The notes below the pieces were generated by a model. It saw only the letters and a program-made list of their open reading frames with translations, made no database searches and had not been told where the DNA came from. From contig QJZC01000025.1 of NCBI GenBank assembly GCA_003247575.1, forward strand, positions 6,498 to 70,497: DNA of 64,000 nt, written 5' to 3'. Shown piece by piece: positions 57,425 through 64,000 of this stretch (its first letter is position 1; every line of letters begins with the position of its first letter). This stretch comes from Pseudomonadota bacterium. Its GTDB lineage: Bacteria > Myxococcota_A > UBA9160 > SZUA-336. Made by a program: the position numbers and the translations under genes.

Positions 57425-60400
57425 GTGAATGGAGCTACATGCCGAAGGCCTTCTCCGTCGAGCACCCGAAGTGACTTTCCTCACACCGCGCGGCTACACG
57501 CGCAGTATCCTGCGGAGCCGCAGATGGCGAGTGACGAGCTGACCCCCGACGACGAAGGATTCGAGGCCTTCTTGCGCGAAGTCGCCCGAGCCCCCAGCGC
57601 GCCGGTCATGCTCGGGCGCGAGCTTCTCGACGGACGCCTGTCGATCACCCGCAGGCTCGGCGAGGGAGGCATGGGCGTCGTCTACCAAGCGCGAGACCAG
57701 CAGCGCGCAGAGGACGTGGCCCTCAAGACCCTGACCCGCATCGAGCCCGCCGCCATCTACCGCCTCAAGAACGAGTTCCGTCAGCTCGCCGACGTGCAGC
57801 ACGAAAACCTCGTCGCGCTCTACGAGCTCTTCAACGACCACGAGCTCTGGTGCTTCACCATGGAGCGCGTCGATGGTGCGCGCTTCGGCGATTGGGTCCG
57901 CCCCGAGGGCGCGCTCGATCTGCCCCGATTGCGCGCGGCGCTGCCCCAGCTGCTGGCCGGCATCGACGCGATCCACGCCGCCGGCAAGCTCCACCGCGAC
58001 CTCAAGCCCAGCAACGTCCTCGTCACCCCACAGGGACGCGTCGTCGTCCTCGACTTCGGCCTGGCCAGCGACCGCAAGCTCGGCGGCGTCGGCCAGACCA
58101 TCGTCGACGACTCCCGCAGTGGCACGCCCGGCTACATGTCGCCGGAACAGGCCGCCGGATACGGCGCCACCGAGGCCAGCGATCTCTACTCGCTCGGGGC
58201 CATGCTGTTCGAGGCGCTGACCGGAAGGCTGCCCTTCGAAGGAAGCTCCCACGAAGTCCTCGTCGCCAAACAGGCAGGCGCGCCGCCCCGCGTGCGCGAG
58301 CTCGACGCCGACGCTCCCGAAGACCTGGCCGAGCTCTGCGACCGGCTGCTCCTGCGCGACACCGCCAAACGTCCGGACACAAACGCGGTACGCGTCGTCG
58401 TCGGAGAGCCCAGGACCCAAGGCGGCCTGACACTCACTCACCCCACCCCTCACTCTGAACCGGACCGCGCGCCCTTCGTCGGTCGCGTCACCGAACTCTC
58501 GCAACTGGAGCGTGCATTCGAGTGCGCCCGCGCCGGCGAGATCTCGCTCGCGCTGGTCTGCGGCGAATCGGGCATGGGCAAGACCGCGCTCGTCGAACAC
58601 TTCATCGAGAGCGCGCCGCAGGCCCTCGTGCTCGCGGGACGCTGCTACGAGCGCGAGGCCGTGCCCTTCAAGGCCTTCGACGGCGTGGTAGACGAGCTCA
58701 GCCGCCATCTCAAGGCGCTGCCGGCGCACGAGGTGGGAGTGCTCCTGCCGCGCGATATCCCCGCATTGTGCAAACTGTTTCCCGTGCTCTCGCGGGTGGA
58801 CGCCGTCGCCAGCGCCAAGGGGCGGCCGGTCCCCGGTAACGACCCGCTCACCGTGCGCCGGCGCGCCTTCTCCGCGCTCAAGGAGCTGCTCGCACGCATC
58901 GGCGACGAGCAGCCGCTGATCGTGTTCCTCGATGATCTGCAGTGGGGCGACGACGACAGCCTGCACCTGCTCGCCGAGCTGGTCGGCCCGCCCGACCCCC
59001 CGGCCCTCTTGCTCGTCGGCACCTATCGATCCGAGGAACGAAACCAGAGCCCCTTCGTGCGCGAGCTCCTCAGCGCCGGCGGGCCCGCTGAGACGGTGGA
59101 TCATCGCTGCGACCTCGAGCTCGAGCCGCTCGCCGAGAGCGACGCCCGTGCCTTGGCGCTCGAGCTGCTCGGCGACGACGCGAGGGCCGAGGCGGTGGCC
59201 ACAGAATCAGCGGGCGCGCCTTTCTTCGTGCAGCAGCTCGCGCAGCTCGACCGCGATGGGACGCAGGCCGTGTCGGTCGTGAACCTGCTCTCAGTGCAGA
59301 TGGCCGCGCTGCCGGAGCCGGCGAAACGCTTGCTCCGGACGGTCGCGGTCGCAGGGCGACCCATCCCGCGCTCGTGCGCGCTCGCAGCGGCTCAGAGTAG
59401 CCTCGGCGACGCCCGCAAGCTGCTCGCCGCCCAGCTGCTCCGCGAGATCCGCGGCGCGGGCAACGAACCGAGCTTCATGAGCTCCCACGACCGCGTGCGC
59501 GAGGGCGTCACCGCCGCACTCGACGCAGAATCCCTACGCGACTGCCATGCGGGATTGGCGCAGGCCCTGGCAGACCGCGCTCCCCCGGATCAGTTGATGC
59601 GCCACCTCGAAGGTGCAGGCGGGGTCGCGACTCCGACGCCGCGGATGTCTGCATGCAGGCGGCCACAGAGGCGGAGCCCGAAGCCGCTCGCGCCTTCGAA
59701 CTGCGTGTGGCCAACCATCTCGCTCGAGCAGGCCGCGTCGAGGAATGGTGGCCGATCGCCGAGCGACTGCTCGCCGCGGTGGGGATTCCGCTGCCCGAGG
59801 AAGGCCCGGAGTCGGTGCGAGCGATTCGCGAAGCGCTAGCCGAGCTGGAATCTCGCGGCCTCCGCTACGACCTCGACGAGAGCCGCCCTCTCTCTCCCCA
59901 GATTCGCGATCGTCTCAACACGCTGCGCTTGGTAGGGAGCATCTTGTCCGGAACCTATCCCGCGATGGGAGGCTACCTCGTGGCGAAGTCCATCCCGGAC
60001 GCGCTCGGCAGTGGCCATGCGGCTCGGGTGTTTTTTGCACTCCTAGGCCGAGCGCACATCCATGCGCTGCTAGCTGCCGACGATGCCTTTGAGCACATCA
60101 CGCGTCTTTGGTGGGAGACCGAGGCGCTGCTTCCGCGGATCGCATCCCCACGGGCTCAGCAGGCGGCGTCGCTGGCCTTTCGAGTCCAGGCAGTGGCGGA
60201 TCGAAATTGGTGCCTGCGCTTTCACGAAACCTTGGAGTTCGCCGATGAGCTCGAGCGGTTCATGGCGACCGAAGATCTAGGTAGCTTCTGGGAGCGGCAC
60301 TTCCCTCGCGGGGTCGCAGTAGAATCGCTCTGGGCCAGCGGGCAGCTCGTACGGCTGCAGCAAGAGGGCCCAAGCATGATCCGAGCCGCCCGCGACGCGC

Positions 60401-61059
60401 GCAACCCGTTCCTGCGCGCGCTGCTATCGGGCACCGAGGTACATCTAGAGATGATTCGGGATCGGCACCAGGCCGCGCTCGCGGCGAGCGACCTCGACGC
60501 CGATCGCCTCCTAGGCTCGCGCTTCAGCACGGTGCATGTCACGGTCGCCGCGGCACGGGCATTGGCGCTGCTGTATGCCGGCGCGACCGCCGAGGCCAAA
60601 CGTTTCACAGACGCTTTCCTGCAGCGCTTCGGGAGCTCGGCGCCTCGACTCGTACCGCTGATCTCTTGGTGGGTCTGTTTGGTCCCCGCGGGCGCGCTGG
60701 GCGCAGCCGCGCTGGCCGGGGACCGCAGCGCGCTTGCATCGGCACGCGAGCTGCGCGCCGAGTCCTGGTGGCCGCAAGACTCTTCGCCCTTACCCACCGC
60801 AATGTACGACGCGCTCATGGCCCGGCTAAGCGGTGACAGCGATGCCTACCTGCAGATGCTGCTGCGCGCGGAAGCGCTCGTGACCCCGAACGTCGAAGGC
60901 TACCGCGCGCCGCTCCGCCGCCGGCGCGGCATGCTGATCGGTGGCGATGAGGGCGCCGCACTCGTACGCGAGGTCGACGCCGCACTCAGCGCGCAGGGCG
61001 TCAAGAACCCCGCCCGCTATTGCGTCACCTTGACCGCAATGCTCGGCATGGACGACTGA
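57425..61059 (+). CDS. Second Ser/Thr kinase-AAA+ NTPase-helical domain protein, split by an apparent +1 frameshift at a GGGG run near 59628-59633
   Basis: Kinase motifs 'LGEGGMGVVYQA', 'HRDLKPSNVLV', 'DFGLAS'; 'GESGMGKTALVE'. The ORFs 57425..59839 and 59653..61059 overlap. Homology to the 52765-56700 protein continues across the frame change ('HLEGAGG' then 'AAR...AFELRVANHL'). Confidence 0.7.
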
Positions 61060-61090
61060 GCGCTGGGCGACCTCGCGCGAGGTACACGGG

Positions 61091-62485
61091 TCAGAGGGAC
61101 TCGATGACGATCGGAACCCCGGCTTCGGGCGCTAGGGTGAGCCCACGACGCACGGTGCGCAGGGGACGCGGCGATTCCAGCCGAAACTGCACGCGCGAGA
61201 GCAAGGTGCCAAGGACCACCTTCATCTCGTTCATGGCGAAGGCCGCACCGAGGCAGTGGCGATGTCCACCGCCGAAGACGGCGAACTCGTGCGGAGCGAA
61301 GCGCCGCTCCAGAAACCGTTCCGGGCGGAAGACTTCAGGCTCGGGATACAGCTGGGGATTACGGTGTAGCTCGATGATCGCCCCTGCGAGATGGATTCCC
61401 GCTGGGATCGTGTAGTCTCCGATTCGAAAGCTGTGCTTCACCGTGCGGATGAACTCCGCGACGATCGGGTGTACCCGCAGCGTTTCGCAGCAAAAGGCTT
61501 CGAGCTCGGGCAACGCGGCCAAGGCATCGGCCTCGGGGTCGGGGCCGAGTTCTCCGATACGCGCGCGCAGCTGATCCGCGTAAGAGGGATTGCGACACAG
61601 CTCGTACACCGCCCAAGCCAATGCCGTGGCAGTGGTCTCATGCCCAGCCAAGACAAGCGTCAAGAGCTGCGAGCGGAGCGCCCGATCGCCGAGCGCGGCT
61701 GCGGCCTGGCCCCGATCATCGCGAGCATCGGCCGGGGCATCCGCCACCTGCGCAAACACGAGCCGAGACAGCAAATCGTCCGACGGCTTGCCGCGCTCGC
61801 GTGCCGCGTCGATCTGAGCCTGGATCATCCGATGCAGCTCGTCGCGTGCTCGCAGGAAGCGCCCCCAGCCGCCGCGCCCGAAGGACAGGCGCTGCAAAAT
61901 CGGAAAGAACAAGAACGCGGGACTCACCTCAGTCACGGCCCTGCGCAGCACGTCGGTGAAATGCGCGATCGCAGCAGGCTCTCGAAGCCCGAAGACCGCA
62001 CGCAGGATCACCTCGATCGTGATCTGCTGCATGAGCAGCCGGGTCGTGAGCGAGACACCCGGCCGCCACTCCGCTGCGGCGGACGTCGTCGCCAACTTGG
62101 CCACCGGACCGTAGGCACGCATGCGGGCGCCATGAAATGCCGGGGACATCCACCTGCGTTCACGCCGGTGGGCATCGCCCGAAATCAACAGGAGCGAGTC
62201 TTCACCGATGATCGGCGCGAGGGCGGCCTGGCCGAAGCCCGCCTCGAAGTCCTCCTCGCGCCCCGCCAGAATCTGACGCGCATGTTCGGGATCACATGCG
62301 AGCACGAGCCTGCCATTGACCGACGGAAGCGTGAACAGATCCCCATAGCTGGCGCGCATCTGCTCGTAGTACACGAACGGATCGCGCATATAGCGGAAAC
62401 TGTGAAGCCATCCGGGACCTCGGGGACCCGGAGGCAGCGAGCATGGTCCAGGAGGATCCAATGGGGCGAGGCTAGAGGTCTGCAT
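61091..62485 (-). CDS. Cytochrome P450
   Basis: Heme-binding loop 'FGGGHRHCLGAAFA', 'ETLR' and 'AGHETT' motifs. Confidence 0.85.
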   Translation of the reverse strand: MQTSSLAPLDPPGPCSLPPGPRGPGWLHSFRYMRDPFVYYEQMRASYGDLFTLPSVNGRLVLACDPEHARQILAGREEDFEAGFGQAALAPIIGEDSLLLISGDAHRRERRWMSPAFHGARMRAYGPVAKLATTSAAAEWRPGVSLTTRLLMQQITIEVILRAVFGLREPAAIAHFTDVLRRAVTEVSPAFLFFPILQRLSFGRGGWGRFLRARDELHRMIQAQIDAARERGKPSDDLLSRLVFAQVADAPADARDDRGQAAAALGDRALRSQLLTLVLAGHETTATALAWAVYELCRNPSYADQLRARIGELGPDPEADALAALPELEAFCCETLRVHPIVAEFIRTVKHSFRIGDYTIPAGIHLAGAIIELHRNPQLYPEPEVFRPERFLERRFAPHEFAVFGGGHRHCLGAAFAMNEMKVVLGTLLSRVQFRLESPRPLRTVRRGLTLAPEAGVPIVIESL

Positions 62486-62763
62486 CGCAGTCGCTCCCAG
62501 GGCACAGATCTCGTTCACCGTAGCAGGTCGCGGCTTCTGCGCCACCCACCATGACTTCGCGACCACGCGCGCGCGCCCGGTCGAGTAGGCGCCCGGCGCA
62601 TCCGTTGTGGCGGGACCGCCGCGAGATAGCGAAGGCGGGTCAGCGACCTGACCGCGGGGATCGTGACGGGATCGACCGTGGTTCACAAACCAGCGGCGGA
62701 GCGCGTCACAGGACGCACTCCGCCGGGGTCGTGGTACTTGCTATCCAGGCAGCGATGAACGGC

Positions 62764-63906
62764 TCACCAGGCGACGATTCCGACCGCCCCCGAATCCTCG
62801 GGCAGACCATGAACCTCACCGAGCGGAGTGAGTTCGCCATCCGCCTCGATGCGGTAGCCGGAGATCGTTCCCGAACCCGCATTGACGTTGTAGAGGAAGT
62901 TTCCCTCTGGGGTCAGCGCCAGATCCACGGGAGCCGTCCCCGTACGCGCTGCCGCGGCATCGAGCAAGTTCAGATTCCCGGCGGCATCGATCGCGAACAC
63001 AGATACCGTATCCGAGCCATTGTTGGTGGTGAAGGCGAATCGCTGCGACCTGTCGATGCCCACCCAACACGTAGCGGACTGTCCGTTCTCGATCGACGCG
63101 CTGATCAGCTGGAGCGAGCCATCGGGACGGACCCGGTAGGACGAGACCGCACTCGCACCGGGCGTGCCGACGCTCGCGTTTCCGAATGGCTCTGCCACGA
63201 GGAGGCGACCTCGTTGATCGAAGGCAAACCCGAACGGGGTGCTCCCATGCGACATCGTCGTCACCGGACTCGCACTCGGCTGTCCATCTGGACCGATCGA
63301 GAAGAGCCGCAGCTCATTGGAGCCCTTGATCGTGACTGCCAAGAGGTCTCCACTCGGATTGAAGCCGACCTGAGCAGGAGAGACCAAGAAGAACGGAGGG
63401 TTCGTGCCGCCCACATCGAGTGCTCGGGTAGAGCCGGCGAGCGCGTGCAGCCGTCCGTCGTGGTCGCGTGTGAATCCGGTGATGTTTCCTTCGCCGCCCG
63501 CATTGAGGACATACACGAGCTGTCGATGCACGGCGATGCTCGCGGGAAACTGACCGCCCGACCTTACCTTGTCGACGAGGGTCAATGAGCCCGCTCGCAC
63601 GCGGAACACCGAAATCTCATCGCTGCCGGCGTTCACCGCGAACAGCCAGCGATGATCCGGAGACATGACGAGGGGACCTTGAGATCCCAGTGCGTCGATC
63701 GGTTCCGTAGTATTCCCGACGCCGTGCCCGCCCGTGGCGACATACTCGCGCAGCTCGAGTCGGCCATCGCCTGCTCGATCGTAGACCGCGATCTCATTCT
63801 TTTCGAGTGAGTTGGTCATCGCATAGACAGATCCTGCCTCCGCATGTCCCACACCCACATGTCCCACGATGCTCAGCACCACACCCATCCAGAGACGTCG
63901 CAGCAT
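62764..63906 (-). CDS. Secreted 7-bladed beta-propeller lactonase-family protein
   Basis: Signal peptide. Repeated 'YV.N.GS..IS.F' blades (Lactonase/6-phosphogluconolactonase-like). Confidence 0.7.
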   Translation of the reverse strand: MLRRLWMGVVLSIVGHVGVGHAEAGSVYAMTNSLEKNEIAVYDRAGDGRLELREYVATGGHGVGNTTEPIDALGSQGPLVMSPDHRWLFAVNAGSDEISVFRVRAGSLTLVDKVRSGGQFPASIAVHRQLVYVLNAGGEGNITGFTRDHDGRLHALAGSTRALDVGGTNPPFFLVSPAQVGFNPSGDLLAVTIKGSNELRLFSIGPDGQPSASPVTTMSHGSTPFGFAFDQRGRLLVAEPFGNASVGTPGASAVSSYRVRPDGSLQLISASIENGQSATCWVGIDRSQRFAFTTNNGSDTVSVFAIDAAGNLNLLDAAAARTGTAPVDLALTPEGNFLYNVNAGSGTISGYRIEADGELTPLGEVHGLPEDSGAVGIVAW

Positions 63907-64000
63907 GTCATTTTCTCCTGTTTATCTACTACGGTCTGCGACTCGACTCGCTCGAGGCGAGGCCGACCGTCTTTCGATCGTTGAGATGCTCGAGATCGCC

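Noticed and set aside
1-64000. CRISPR arrays, rRNA, tRNA, IS elements or integrase genes
   Set aside because: No regularly spaced direct repeats, no rRNA or tRNA structure, and no transposase or integrase-like ORF was found by eye. The only tandem repeats are the 18-nt coding repeat at 32.6 kb and the 10-bp triple repeat at 39.94 kb.

Overview
This is a 64 kb, high-GC (about 68-70%) bacterial chromosomal segment. Gene content suggests a myxobacteria-like genome, though that is inference: two paired Ser/Thr-kinase + STAND-NTPase genes, many lipoproteins, a sigma-54-driven amt gene, an extra Hsp70 operon, and HTTM and circularly permuted ATP-grasp genes. I saw no rRNA, tRNA or CRISPR. Most genes are ordinary housekeeping or accessory: HflX, an Amt ammonium transporter, a CPA2 antiporter, cytochrome P450, an ECF sigma factor, hipBA, HAD hydrolase, methyltransferase, VOC, an aminoglycoside-phosphotransferase-like (APH-like) kinase, acyltransferase-3 and a lactonase. 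The most unusual locus is a ~3.7 kb lower-GC island at ~4.75-8.5 kb. It carries a 731-aa protein whose C-terminus is a divergent DisA_N/diadenylate-cyclase-like domain (DGA motif kept, RHR changed to KR-A), followed by a TIR-domain protein with an intact catalytic Glu. The island sits next to the truncated remnant of an AAA_14 (DUF4143) ATPase and a tandem SGNH-hydrolase + caspase-like CHAT-protease gene pair. The CHAT gene runs off the window edge and is missing from the supplied ORF track. I flag this as a candidate undescribed nucleotide-signalling/defence module. Other notable features: two large genes (a SWIM-SNF2 helicase and a Ser/Thr kinase-NTPase) with apparent frameshifts; a degraded ABC-F ATPase; a duplicated gene fragment; a dedicated Hsp70/GrpE/J-domain operon with a 1000-aa helical partner; and a GHMP kinase whose conserved N-terminus precedes any canonical start codon. 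All hand-derived coordinates may be off by a few bases.
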